The notes: generated by a model from the sequence alone, not told the origin. Shown: positions 27,386-37,204, counted from the stretch's first letter. The stretch: 64,000 bases of DNA from Candidatus Xenobia bacterium (GCA_045863235.1 BTUM01000016.1:53527-117526), one strand, 5' to 3'. Numbers and translations are program-made.

Positions 27386-28515
27386 CAAGCCGAGACCCGC
27401 TCGCCGATCCAGGCGGCCAGCTGGCCCGGCGTCATGGCGCCCACATGGGCGCCCACGTCCACCAGCCGGCCGGCCAGCTCCTTGTCATAGATCGGCTCGG
27501 CTCCCTCGTCCAGGGCGGCCAGCCCCAGCACCGTGGTACCCTGCTCGCACAGGCCTTTGACGGTGCGCACCAGGCGCTGGGCGTCTCCCCCCTCGAAGAA
27601 GTCGGTGATGAGCGCGATGATGGTGCGACGAGGGTTCTCCACCAGGCCGGCAGCAAAGTCCACCGCTTTGGCGATGTCGGTGCCCCCGCCCAGCTGCACC
27701 CGCATCAACAGCTCGACCGGGTCGGTGCAGTCGGCTGTCAGATCCACCACCTCGGTGGAGAAGACCGCCAGGTGCGTCTTCAGCATCGGCACCGACCAGA
27801 AGCAGGCGGCCGTGATGGCCGAGTGGATCACCGAGCCCAGCATGCTGCCCGACTGATCCACCAGCAGGATCAGCTGCCAGGCGGCCCGGTGGCGACGGCT
27901 GCGCTGGAAGAAGTAGGCCTTCTCGAGGTAGAGCTTGCGCGTCTCGGGGTCGTAATGCTTGAGGTTGGCCCGCACCGTGCGCTCGAGGTCGAGGTCGCGG
28001 GAGAACTTGAAGGGGGACGAGCGGGCGTTGCGACGCGGGCCCGAGAAGCTTTTTTGCACTTCGCGGGCCAGCTTCTCCATCAGCTCCTCGACCACTTTGC
28101 GCACCAGCTCGCGGGCCAGCTCGAGCACCTCGGGGTTCATCAGGTGGCGGGTCTTGAGCACCGCCTGCAGCAGCGTCTGGTTGGGCTGGACCCGCTTCAA
28201 GACCTCGGGATTGGTCACCACCTCGTCGATCTGGAAGCGCTCCACGGCGTCCTTCTCCAGCCGCTCGATCGTCTCGCGGGGAAACAGCGTGTGGACCTGG
28301 TTGATCCAGTCGGCCACCGAGAGCTGGGGCGCCTCCTGACCGCCCTTGCGCCCCGCCATGATGTCCCGCGACTTCAGGCCCGGGTCGCGGTTATAGAGCC
28401 AGGACAGAGCCGCATCGCAGGCCCCCTCCTCGCCCTGCAGGCAGCAACCGAGCTGGGGCTGGGAGGCCTCGCCCAGCACCAGGCGCCAGCGTACCAGGCC
28501 GTCCTCATAAGCCAT
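27385..28515 (-). CDS. VWA (CoxE-like) domain protein (YehP-like)
   Basis: Start ATG 28515 (MAYEDGLVRWRLVLG); MIDAS DQSGSM, GGGTDI, ITDFFEG. Confidence 0.85.
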   Translation of the reverse strand: MAYEDGLVRWRLVLGEASQPQLGCCLQGEEGACDAALSWLYNRDPGLKSRDIMAGRKGGQEAPQLSVADWINQVHTLFPRETIERLEKDAVERFQIDEVVTNPEVLKRVQPNQTLLQAVLKTRHLMNPEVLELARELVRKVVEELMEKLAREVQKSFSGPRRNARSSPFKFSRDLDLERTVRANLKHYDPETRKLYLEKAYFFQRSRRHRAAWQLILLVDQSGSMLGSVIHSAITAACFWSVPMLKTHLAVFSTEVVDLTADCTDPVELLMRVQLGGGTDIAKAVDFAAGLVENPRRTIIALITDFFEGGDAQRLVRTVKGLCEQGTTVLGLAALDEGAEPIYDKELAGRLVDVGAHVGAMTPGQLAAWIGERVSA

Positions 28516-30652
28516 AGCGCTCGATGGTCCTTTCCAACTCGGCGTCGAGCTGCATGCCGGCCGCCACCAGGGCGGGGTCCACCGCGTTGCGCAACAGCTC
28601 GAAGTTGGACTCCAGCCCGTAGAGCCGGGCCACGATGGCGGCCACGGCCTGGCGTTCGCGGGGAGGGAAGGCGGAAAAGGCCAGGCGCAGGCCCGGCAGG
28701 GCGCGCAGAAAGTCGGTTCGGTCCAGCCCCCTGAGCAGCTGATCGACCAGCCTGAGCAGACCCTCGGCCCGCTGCACCTCCTCGCGGGCCAGGGCAAAGA
28801 GGCCGGCCAGGAAGTCTCCCAGGGCCTCGGGGGGATGCAGGGCGCGCACGGCTTGCTCGGCCTCCTCCTCGCCGGGAACCAGCTCGAGCGACCAGAGGTA
28901 GCCCAGAGCGGCGCCCTGGCACACTCGGGGTGCGTCCTTGAGCCGCCTTCGCATGACCCCTTCAGCCAGCTCGCGCGCAAGCTCGAGCTCGCGGCCCAGC
29001 TTGTGCATGTCGCGCAGGGTGACCACCGCCTTGACGATGCCGGCGGTGGCGCCGTCCAGACCTTCGAAGAGCCACAGCCCGCGGGCGAAACCGGCCTGGA
29101 GGATGACTGGAAAGTCGGGTCCCAACTTCTGACGGTAGAGCCCGAAGAGGGTGCTCAGGGCACCGCCCAGGAGCTCCAGGTCGACCTCTGCCCCCAGCGC
29201 CCGGGCCACCTCCTGCACCAGCTCCCGGCCCAGCTCGGTGAGGCCGGCCCTCACGGCCAGGGCCAGGCAGGCCGCCAGGCCGACCGCATCCGTCTCGCCC
29301 GAGAGGGCCTGGCGCAGCACCCCGATGGCCGCCTGCTCGAGGTCGGAGCCGTAGGCCGAGGCCTCCACCAGGGCCGCCTCCAGGTCGAGGCTCTCCTGCA
29401 GCACCCAGGTCTCCTCCACCAGCTCCTCTGCCTTCAGGTGAAAGCCCGGCAGCCGCAGCAGGGCCAGGCGGCGCAGAAAGTAGCTTCTCTCCGTGCCCAC
29501 CTCGACCGTCACCTGGCGGGCCGGCCGGGTGGGCTTCAGCTCGAGCGCCTCCAGGGCGGCCAGCACCTCGTCCACCAGCGGCGGACGGGGCGTGCCGCCG
29601 GCCAGCTTGCCCACCCGCTTGCCCGAGAAGGCTGCCACCAGCTCCACCAGCACCGGGTCGGTGCCCGCCCCGAGTGTCCCCCGCCGGCTCCAGGGCAGCT
29701 CGCTCTGCAGGGCCTCCTTGACCAGAGCGCCCACCAGGCCGTCCAGCAGATCGGTGCGCATCGGGAAGTCGTGACCACGCAGCCGGGCCAGGCCGTGGGC
29801 CAGCGTGCTGGCCGCCACCAGGTCGGCTGAGGAGAGGGCCAGCTTCTTGTCGCGCAGGCGGTGGGTCACGTCGTGCAGGGCCCGGCGGGCGGCCTCGCCG
29901 GCCCCCGCCTCCCAGACGTGCTGGTAGTAGCCGGGCGAGGGCATACCGGCGTCGTAGCCCTGAAAACTGTCCAGCCGGTGGAAGCTGAAAGGCACCAGAT
30001 AGCTGCCGGTATCGCTGGCCGGCTCGAGCTCGGGCCACTCGGATCGGGGAAGGGCCTCTTCCAAGAAGGGCGCGTGGTAGCCTCCGCACACGGCCACCAC
30101 GCGGTCTTCATAGGTATGCCGGGCCCAGCCCAGGCAGGCGGCCATGTAGGCCTCGCGCTCGGCATCCTCGGGGCTGACGCTGGTGCGAATGGTTTGAAAA
30201 TAGCGCCGGAGGCGGTCTTCCAGGTCGTCTCCAGGATGTTCGAAGAGGTGGTCCCAGAGGCTGTCCGGGTCGTCGAAGCCCAGCTCGCGAGCCAGCTCGT
30301 CCTGGCCGGGCTCGCGTCGGTCGGCGTAACGGTTGGTGCGCTCGCGCATGGATTTGTGCCAGGCCGGCAGGTCCATGAAGCGCACATCGGCCCCCAGCTC
30401 GCGTCCCACCGTCAGGGCCACCCACTCGGGCGAGTAGGCGCAGAACGGCGTCCAGGCAGCGCACTCGCCCTTCTGGAAGCTGAACACGGCCAGGGGTAGT
30501 TGGTGGCCCAGGTGCAGCTCGTCCAGGCGGCCGTTGAAGTCGGACGGCCCTTCGATCAGCACGCAGGCCGGTCTGACCGCGCGCAGCACCCGCTCGACCA
30601 GACGGGCGCAGGCGGGGCTGTGATGGCGGATACCGAGGACCCTGGTCGCCAT
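28505..30652 (-). CDS. DUF5682 / YehM-like protein
   Basis: GIRHHSPACA, LIEGP.D, PFCAYSPEWVA, REAYMA, VCGGYH, GYDAGMPSPGYY. Confidence 0.8.
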   Translation of the reverse strand: MATRVLGIRHHSPACARLVERVLRAVRPACVLIEGPSDFNGRLDELHLGHQLPLAVFSFQKGECAAWTPFCAYSPEWVALTVGRELGADVRFMDLPAWHKSMRERTNRYADRREPGQDELARELGFDDPDSLWDHLFEHPGDDLEDRLRRYFQTIRTSVSPEDAEREAYMAACLGWARHTYEDRVVAVCGGYHAPFLEEALPRSEWPELEPASDTGSYLVPFSFHRLDSFQGYDAGMPSPGYYQHVWEAGAGEAARRALHDVTHRLRDKKLALSSADLVAASTLAHGLARLRGHDFPMRTDLLDGLVGALVKEALQSELPWSRRGTLGAGTDPVLVELVAAFSGKRVGKLAGGTPRPPLVDEVLAALEALELKPTRPARQVTVEVGTERSYFLRRLALLRLPGFHLKAEELVEETWVLQESLDLEAALVEASAYGSDLEQAAIGVLRQALSGETDAVGLAACLALAVRAGLTELGRELVQEVARALGAEVDLELLGGALSTLFGLYRQKLGPDFPVILQAGFARGLWLFEGLDGATAGIVKAVVTLRDMHKLGRELELARELAEGVMRRRLKDAPRVCQGAALGYLWSLELVPGEEEAEQAVRALHPPEALGDFLAGLFALAREEVQRAEGLLRLVDQLLRGLDRTDFLRALPGLRLAFSAFPPRERQAVAAIVARLYGLESNFELLRNAVDPALVAAGMQLDAELERTIERYGL

Positions 30653-30712
30653 CGTGGCGCCTAGAGGCCCGGCCGGAAAGGCCGGGCCGATCTACATCTT
30701 GTGGCTAGGAGC

Positions 30713-30788
30713 CGGCCGCCTACACAACATCTTGTGGAGACGGAGGTTTCCTCCGACTCCACAAGGGGGTTTGCGGCCGGACTCCTAG
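30713..30788. repeat. Left copy of ~70-bp hairpin element containing an NrdR-box-like 16-mer
   Basis: ACACAACATCTTGTGG at 30722-30737; stem CTTGTGGAG-A-CGGAGG-TTT-CCTCCG-A-CTCCACAAG; inverted homologue at 32861-32928. Confidence 0.7.
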
Positions 30789-32824
30789 TCGCCATCCCGG
30801 GGCCGGAACCAGAAGCTCAAGGCGTAGAGAGCCAGCGCGGTGAGATAGAGCGAGCGAAGTCCGAAAGCCATGGAGGTGTATTCCAGAGCGCCCCCGACCA
30901 TCGCCCCCAGCATGTTGCAGGCCAGCGCGCTGGTGGCTCGTTTGGTCCTGGAGAAGGAGACGCCGAAGATGATGGCCGCGAACAACAGGGGCACCGAGAT
31001 ACCGGCCACCGCCCCCATCTTGGCGAGCACCGAGGCGCCCACGCTCAGCTCGCGCAGGGGCACCAGGTAGAGCAGCACCACCACCCCCAGCAAGAGGGCG
31101 TAGGGCAGCTCCAGAGCGGGTTTCTTCTCGCGCCCGAGCAGCCACACGTTGGCCAGGAAGATCATGGTCAGAATGCTGGCGATCACGATGGAGTTGACGA
31201 TCCAGGTGGAGCCGAACATCAGCCCCAGCTCGGTGATGCTCTTGGTCTCGATGAGCATGAAACCGGCCCCCAGGAAGAACATCTGGGGCTGGAACTGAAA
31301 GCCCGTGCCGCGCACCGTGGTGGAGATGAGCAGGGTGGAGATGAGCAGCAGAATGCCCAGCGCGATCAGATATTCCTTGGGGATGGTCTTGTTGTTGAGA
31401 TAAAGCTGGGGCCAGTCGTCGGTGGCCTGGATCAGGGCTCCGGGCATGTTGGCTCGGGCATTCTCGACGTTGACGTTGAGGCGCACCTCGCCCTCGACGT
31501 TGACCTGCTGGGTGATGGGAGCTTCCTGGCAGATGTACTGCGAGTACTGCTGGTTATAGATGAAGAAGGCAGGGTCCTTGCCAAACACGTCGCGCAGGGT
31601 GACGAAGAGACGAATGGGCACGAACTCACCCATGTAGCCCACGTTCACGTACATCACGCCGTCCTTGGCCAAAAGCCTGCGTGCCTCTTCGAAAGACTGG
31701 CGGGTGTAGACGTAGTTCTCGATCTTGATGCTGGACATCTGTGAGAACAACCCGTGCGAGTCGAGCGTGCCGAAGATGATCAGGTCGTACTTCTCGGTGG
31801 CCCGGCGCAGATAGGAGCGAGCGTCGTCGTTGATGAGATGCACCCGCGAGTCCAGATAGGCCTTCATGGGGTGCCGCTCGCGCCCGAGGCGGGCCACAAT
31901 GGGATCGATCTCGACCGCGTCCACCTGCTCGGCGCCCTGCAGCAGAGCCATGGCCACGTCGTTGCCCATGCCGCCACCCAGGATGAGCACTTTCTTGGGG
32001 TGGGGCTTGAAGATGTAAGGGAAAGCATAGAATCGACGGAAGAACTCGCTCCCCTTCTCGGGCGAGAGGTCCAGGCCGGTCAACAGGCAGCTGTTGCCGA
32101 TCTGGATGTAGACGTTGCCGTTGGGCTCGGTGTGAAAGCGGATGTTGTAGTAGGGAGACCAGTACTTCTCGTAGTTCTTGCTCTTCTCCAGGTGGCCCTC
32201 GAAACCGTAGAGCCCCATTCCAAGGAAGACGGCAAAGAGGACAAAGGCTGCCTTGCGGTGGGTGAAGGGCAGCAAGAGGAGCATCCCCACGGTGACCCAC
32301 ACGGCCGGGCCGGTGCAGAGGAACGAGAGGATGGAAAAGCCCGCGATCCCGAGCAGGCTGGCCAGGATGTTGACGGTGTAGGCATAAAGCGGCGGAAACT
32401 TGTCGAAGTAGCGCTGCAACAGCTGTCCGAGCGGCACGAACGTCATGGCCACCAGGGTGGTGAACAGGGCCAGCGTGAGGTACATGTCGATGTGGCCTTC
32501 GCGGTTACCGATGTACGCATCGTCATTGAAAAAGACCCCCTCGTTGGGAGGCCGCACCTCGATCTCGAACTTGAGGAAGACCGCGAAAAGAGCCATCTGC
32601 ACCAGGCAGAACAGCACGAAGCGCGTCAGCAGCGCGTCGTCGGTGTCGCGCTCCTTGAGCGGGCGGGCCAGGCCGATGCCCAGGCCCAGAAAACACGAGA
32701 GCAGAACGAAGTTCGAGAAGAACCCGAAGAAATGAATCGCGTCCGGCAGCCAGCGGATGAAGAGTAGCTCGAAGAACAGTACCAGAAAGCTGGCTAGAAA
32801 CAGCTTGATTTTGTGGTCACGCAT
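30785..32824 (-). CDS. Multi-pass membrane protein with central spermidine-synthase-like SAM-binding domain
   Basis: About 7 N-terminal and 6 C-terminal hydrophobic segments; WSPYY, VLILGGGMGNDV, VDAVEID, DDARSYL, YDLI, ATDDWP. Confidence 0.8.
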   Translation of the reverse strand: MRDHKIKLFLASFLVLFFELLFIRWLPDAIHFFGFFSNFVLLSCFLGLGIGLARPLKERDTDDALLTRFVLFCLVQMALFAVFLKFEIEVRPPNEGVFFNDDAYIGNREGHIDMYLTLALFTTLVAMTFVPLGQLLQRYFDKFPPLYAYTVNILASLLGIAGFSILSFLCTGPAVWVTVGMLLLLPFTHRKAAFVLFAVFLGMGLYGFEGHLEKSKNYEKYWSPYYNIRFHTEPNGNVYIQIGNSCLLTGLDLSPEKGSEFFRRFYAFPYIFKPHPKKVLILGGGMGNDVAMALLQGAEQVDAVEIDPIVARLGRERHPMKAYLDSRVHLINDDARSYLRRATEKYDLIIFGTLDSHGLFSQMSSIKIENYVYTRQSFEEARRLLAKDGVMYVNVGYMGEFVPIRLFVTLRDVFGKDPAFFIYNQQYSQYICQEAPITQQVNVEGEVRLNVNVENARANMPGALIQATDDWPQLYLNNKTIPKEYLIALGILLLISTLLISTTVRGTGFQFQPQMFFLGAGFMLIETKSITELGLMFGSTWIVNSIVIASILTMIFLANVWLLGREKKPALELPYALLLGVVVLLYLVPLRELSVGASVLAKMGAVAGISVPLLFAAIIFGVSFSRTKRATSALACNMLGAMVGGALEYTSMAFGLRSLYLTALALYALSFWFRPRDGD

Positions 32825-32860
32825 CCCGGGATGCCTTCCTCGGGGGCCGGTCCAGCCCTG

Positions 32861-32928
32861 CTAGAGGTCGTACCGCAAACCCCTTGTGGGGAGGGAACCT
32901 CCGCCACCACAAGATGTTGTAGGCGGCC
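32861..32928. repeat. Right, inverted copy of the ~70-bp hairpin element
   Basis: Reverse complement GGCCGCCTACAACATCTTGTGG..GGAGGTTCCCTCC..CCACAAGGGGTTTGCGG..CTAG aligns with 30713-30788. Confidence 0.7.
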
Positions 32929-33102
32929 CGACTTCTCTGGATTATGCTTCACAGCCAACTGCGCGCGACTGAAGGGGGAAACGGTCGGAATCGCCAAAGG
33001 AGTTCGCCACGCCTTCGGGCAGACGGGGGGTGCTCAGTGAAAATCTTCTTCATCCCGGGCGGGGCTCCAGGAGCGCTGACGCTCTGAGATCAGGGCGCGG
33101 GG

Positions 33103-33942
33103 TCAGCCACCCCGCCGCTTGAGCACCACGCCTCCCACCGCCACACCGCGACCGAGCTGGCCGATCGAGCTGCCCTGGGGCTCATGCTGCTCTTTCAGGG
33201 CCAGCACCTCCTGGAGCGAGCGCATCGCCCCCCCTGCAATCATGGTGTTGAGCTGGTTGCCCCCTTCGTGCTCTTCCCAGAAATTGTAGTTCGAGAACCC
33301 TTTGGTGAGGAAGTCGAGGCTCTTGCGGGTGCAGTCGAGCTGCTGCTCGGGGTCAAAGCGCGCCACCAGGTTGGCCAGTGCCCGGACGTGGGCGAAGCCA
33401 GGCTGCTCGGGGTGCCACTGGTCCGACTCCACCGAGGCGGCCATGGTCCGACCCAGCTGTACCAGCTGGCTGGGGGCGAGGTCCTGGTCCAGAGCCTCCA
33501 TGGCCAGGTCCACCGGACGACCGGCGCAGTAACGGGCCTGGGTCTGCTCGCGGCTCTGGCGCACCAGGCAGGGCCCCTCGGTCTGGGGCAATTGCGACTC
33601 ATCGCCCAGGATCGCCAGGGCCAGAGAAGCCACCGGTCGGTCCTGCAGGGCACCAAACAGAAGGTTGGCCGCCTGCAGGCGAAGCTCCGGCTCGTGGGCG
33701 GGGATCTGCCTCACCAACTCGCGCCCCCGCGTCAGCATGGCCTCGCCCGACATGGTCTTCAGTTCTTCCACCGCCGCCAGGTTGCGGGCTCGTTCGGCCC
33801 GCTGGGCAGCGATGTAGGCCTGCGCCTCGGCCAGCGCCTTGTCGTAGTCCGACTGCCCGGACCGGTAGGAATCGCCCGAGGAGCTGGCCCGGGCGGGCAG
33901 ACTGAGCTGGTTGTGAGTGAAGACATGGGCGCCGATCCGCAT
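33103..33942 (-). CDS. Hypothetical helical protein with the shared C-terminal motif
   Basis: MRIG.. low-complexity N-terminus; tail IGQLGRGVAVGGVVLKRR. Confidence 0.7.
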   Translation of the reverse strand: MRIGAHVFTHNQLSLPARASSSGDSYRSGQSDYDKALAEAQAYIAAQRAERARNLAAVEELKTMSGEAMLTRGRELVRQIPAHEPELRLQAANLLFGALQDRPVASLALAILGDESQLPQTEGPCLVRQSREQTQARYCAGRPVDLAMEALDQDLAPSQLVQLGRTMAASVESDQWHPEQPGFAHVRALANLVARFDPEQQLDCTRKSLDFLTKGFSNYNFWEEHEGGNQLNTMIAGGAMRSLQEVLALKEQHEPQGSSIGQLGRGVAVGGVVLKRRGG

Positions 33943-33948
33943 GACTTG

Positions 33949-33981
33949 TGCTTAGCAGTGGACCCTGAAAGAAAGCTGATC
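33949..33981 (-). promoter_or_regulatory. TTTCAG-N5-TTTCAG promoter element, copy 4
   Basis: GATCAG ctttc TTTCAG, N10, TAAGCA, N6, ATG 33942. Confidence 0.62.
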
Positions 33982-33992
33982 GGCTGTTCTGA

Positions 33993-34043
33993 AATGGGGC
34001 GCCCATTCAGGGCGGGTCCGTGTCCTGAATAGGGCGCCCCATT
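33993..34043. repeat. Long intergenic palindrome (REP-like or terminator-like)
   Basis: AATGGGGCGCCC-ATTCAGG..CCTGAAT-A-GGGCGCCCCATT. Confidence 0.6.
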
Positions 34044-34076
34044 CGGGCGCGTCCGTGGGCTTGCCTGAAGCCAGAC

Positions 34077-35903
34077 CTACCGACGGTAGCGGGCTACGAA
34101 CTCCTCGGCGGCGGCGCGGTCGGGGAGCACGATCACTCCCACGTCGTCGAACCGTGCTGCCGAGTCGGTGGGCGAGGTGCTTCCGCTGGCCTGGTTGAGG
34201 AAGACGCGGATCCGCGTGGTCGAGGGCTTGAGGTCGTAGATCCCCCAGACCGGCACGACCTGGTCCCGGGCGGTCGCGGCCGAGCGCATGCTGTCGCCCT
34301 GGAGGTAGTCGCTGATCTGCTCTTCGCTCTCCATCAGGTAGCCGTAGAGGTAGGGCAGCCCGGTGATGTCGCCGTCCGGGTTGACGCGCTCGGAGGAGAC
34401 CCGGGCCACCAGCACCACCACCCCGCTGCGCAGCGTGGGCGGCAGCACCACGTCTTGCCAGAACGAGCCCCCGTGACGGACCGTGAAGCGTCCCTCCTCC
34501 ACGCTGGCCTCCCCATCCTTACGCCAACGGGCGGCGCCCTGGTTGGCCTTCGGGTTGCGCAGCAGGTTGCGCTGGCCAAGGATCTGCCCTTCCTCCGGGT
34601 CCACCGTGGCCGCCGGCGCCGCGGTTACGGCCTCAGGGCGGGGGGCCACCGGGGTGGCTCCGGGGCGCCAGACGATCACGCTGCGGTCCTCCGAGCCCGA
34701 GATCAGGGCCTGCCCCGCCAGGGTCAGCGAACGGACGCCGTCGCGGTGACCCTTCAGCTGACCGGCGCGGCCCCCCCGGGAAACGGACCAGAGGTAGATG
34801 TCCCCGTTGTTGCCCGCCGTCGCCAGCGTGTCGCCGTCGGAAAGGAAGCAGACATCCCACATCGCCACGTCGCTCACGTAGTTGTTGAGCAGCTCCTTGC
34901 CACTGCTCGAGTCGAGCACCACCACGCTGGTGTCCAGCATGGCCACGGCCAGCTTCGAGCCGTCGCCGCTGAAGGCCACGCCCCCGGCGTCACACTCGGC
35001 CGAGACCTTCTTGAGCCGAATCTTCCGTTTGGACCAGTCGGAGGTGCTCCAGAGGACAACTTCGTTGCCGCGGCCGGCGCCGGCCAGGTAGCGTCCGGTC
35101 GGGTCGAAGGCCAGCTGGCGCACCCAGACCTCTCCCAGATCGCGACCGTTCACCACGACCGGCTGGTCGAAGCTGGTCGTGGCCAGCAGCTTGCCATCGG
35201 GGCTGAGGGCCAGGCACTCCCCTCGAGCGTCGACCGGGGCTCCGGTCCCGAGGGTCCCCTCGCTCAGGGGAAGGGCGTTGACGCTGTCCTTGTCGGCCAC
35301 CAGCACGCGGGACTCGCTCTCAAAGCTCCAGTCCTCCTTCTCGAGCTTCCAGTGGCCGCTCTCCAAGAGCATGGTCGCCTGGCCCTTGCCGCGAACAGCG
35401 TCGTCGACCACGAGGCCGGTTGGGCGGCTCGGGAGAGTGCTCTGACTCACCTGATGGCCGGTTTCCAGAGACCAGACGCGGACGCTGTAGTCCCCGTTGC
35501 TGGAGGTCACCAGGAACCGGCCGTCGCTGGTGCAGGCGAGTTGATCGACCGCATCCTGGTGGCCCTTCAGAACCTGGGCCGGGGCCAGATTCTCCATCGC
35601 CTTCGTGGCCTTCGCCGGCTCGGGAGGGATGGAGAGCTCGAGGATGGCGCGAGCGCCATCCACCTTCACCTGCTCGATCTTGACGCTGGGCGGAAGCATC
35701 TTCCTGATCAGCTCGAGCTTCTTCGGATCCTTCAGCTCTTGAGCATGCTTTCCGGTGAGCCTCTGCTGGATCGCCTGGGCGTCACCGGAGCGCAAGGCGT
35801 CCTGGTAGGCCTGGTAGCTCTGCATGGCCTCCCGGCTCGGGCTCGCGCAGCCCGACATCACCAGGAAACCGACGGCGAGACACAATCTGCGTGTGCTGTG
35901 CAT
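34077..35903 (-). CDS. WD40-repeat lipoprotein with NTF2-like N-terminal part and C-terminal beta-sandwich domain
   Basis: Start ATG 35903; lipobox MSGC; LKGH..V..L..DG..L...S.D..VRVW repeats; C-terminal NLLRNP..W..QDV..RFDDV. Confidence 0.75.
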   Translation of the reverse strand: MHSTRRLCLAVGFLVMSGCASPSREAMQSYQAYQDALRSGDAQAIQQRLTGKHAQELKDPKKLELIRKMLPPSVKIEQVKVDGARAILELSIPPEPAKATKAMENLAPAQVLKGHQDAVDQLACTSDGRFLVTSSNGDYSVRVWSLETGHQVSQSTLPSRPTGLVVDDAVRGKGQATMLLESGHWKLEKEDWSFESESRVLVADKDSVNALPLSEGTLGTGAPVDARGECLALSPDGKLLATTSFDQPVVVNGRDLGEVWVRQLAFDPTGRYLAGAGRGNEVVLWSTSDWSKRKIRLKKVSAECDAGGVAFSGDGSKLAVAMLDTSVVVLDSSSGKELLNNYVSDVAMWDVCFLSDGDTLATAGNNGDIYLWSVSRGGRAGQLKGHRDGVRSLTLAGQALISGSEDRSVIVWRPGATPVAPRPEAVTAAPAATVDPEEGQILGQRNLLRNPKANQGAARWRKDGEASVEEGRFTVRHGGSFWQDVVLPPTLRSGVVVLVARVSSERVNPDGDITGLPYLYGYLMESEEQISDYLQGDSMRSAATARDQVVPVWGIYDLKPSTTRIRVFLNQASGSTSPTDSAARFDDVGVIVLPDRAAAEEFVARYRR

Positions 35904-36039
35904 TGTTTCCCCCTTCTGTTTGTTGCTGCAAGGATCATACGATAGAGCAGCGTCCGCCTGGCACATTCAGGCGAGCGGGGTTGAGTGCCGCCTGGGAAGC
36001 GGGGCGAGGGAGATTACCAGGCAGATCAATTGATCTAAT

Positions 36040-37125
36040 TCAGGGCAGGGCGTGCCGGGCGTCGAAGAACGCCTTCCAGAGCGGCCCGCGGCGCTTGGAA
36101 ATACGCTGCTCGAGGTAGCGCCGCAGGCGCTTGACGTCCTCGGCGTTGTCCTTGATGGCCGTTCCCAGGATGCACTCCATCAGGTCCTCGGGGTTGGCGG
36201 ACCGGCCGCCCAGGTAGTGGGCCCGGATGCCCACGGCGTGGGCCACCGAGACCGCCTCGGCGGTGGACATGGCGGTGCTGAGGCGCTCCAGAGCGTCGCC
36301 CTCGGGGGTCTTGCCTTCGCGCAACTCGCGGAACGTGGTCACCAGGATTTCCAGCAGGTCGCGCGGGGGTGCCTGGGGCACCCCCGAGCGCTGCAGGAGC
36401 TGAGCCGTCTCGCGCTCGACCAGCTCCAGCTCCACCTCACGGTCTGCGATGGGGAACACGGTTTCGAAGTTGAAGCGGCGCTTGAGAGCGGCGCTCATCT
36501 CGTTGGTGCCCCGGTCGCGGGTGTTGGCCGTGGCCAGCAGGTTGAAGCCCTCGCGGGCGTAGAGCCGGGTTTCCTCGCCCTCGAGCTCGGGCAGGAACAG
36601 CACCCGGTCGGACAACACCGAAAGCAGCGAATCCTGAATCTCGCTCGGGCAGCGAGTGATCTCCTCGAAGCGCACCACTTTGCCGTGCAGCATGCCGAGA
36701 TAGAGCGGAGCCGGCACCAGCGCCTTGCGGCTGGGCCCCTCGGCCAGCAGCAGGGCGTAGTTCCAGCCGTACTTGATCTGGTCTTCGGTGGTGGCGGCGC
36801 TGCCCTGGATGGTCAGGGTGGACTCGCCGCTGACGGCCGCGGCCAGAAGCTCGGACAAGAACGACTTGGCCGTGCCCGGCTCGCCCACGAGCAAGAGCCC
36901 GCGGTTGGTGGCCAGGGCCACCATGGCCCGATCCACCAGCGAGGGGTTGCCCACGAACTTGGGCCGGATCTTCTGTTTGGGATCGCCCAGAATGAAGCTG
37001 CGCACCGCCCGGGGCGAGAGGGCCCAACCGGGCGGGCGCGGGTCTTTGTCGCTCTTTCTCAGCCGGGCCAGCTCGTCGGCGTAGACCAGCTCGGCCGGAG
37101 GGCGCTGCAGGCTATCGGTGGACAC
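36040..37125 (-). CDS. MoxR-like AAA+ ATPase (YehL-like, AAA_5)
   Basis: Probable GTG start at 37125; GEPGTAKS, YGWNYALLLA, RFEEITR, TANTRDRGTNEMSAALKRRFNF. Confidence 0.85.
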   Translation of the reverse strand: MSTDSLQRPPAELVYADELARLRKSDKDPRPPGWALSPRAVRSFILGDPKQKIRPKFVGNPSLVDRAMVALATNRGLLLVGEPGTAKSFLSELLAAAVSGESTLTIQGSAATTEDQIKYGWNYALLLAEGPSRKALVPAPLYLGMLHGKVVRFEEITRCPSEIQDSLLSVLSDRVLFLPELEGEETRLYAREGFNLLATANTRDRGTNEMSAALKRRFNFETVFPIADREVELELVERETAQLLQRSGVPQAPPRDLLEILVTTFRELREGKTPEGDALERLSTAMSTAEAVSVAHAVGIRAHYLGGRSANPEDLMECILGTAIKDNAEDVKRLRRYLEQRISKRRGPLWKAFFDARHALP

Positions 37126-37164
37126 GAGGGCCGCGTTCGACCGCCCGGGGTGGGTTCCCTGGGT

Positions 37165-37197
37165 TGTCAGGCTCCTTTCAGCCGTCGGGCTTACACT
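37165..37197 (+). promoter_or_regulatory. TTTCAG-N5-TTTCAG promoter element, copy 5
   Basis: TGTCAG gctcc TTTCAG, N10, TACACT, N7, ATG 37205. Confidence 0.7.
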
Positions 37198-37204
37198 GTT
37201 CCCT

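Noticed and set aside
30689..30790. Repeated CATCTTGTGG as a mini CRISPR array
   Set aside because: Only two short copies, no constant repeat-spacer structure and no cas genes.
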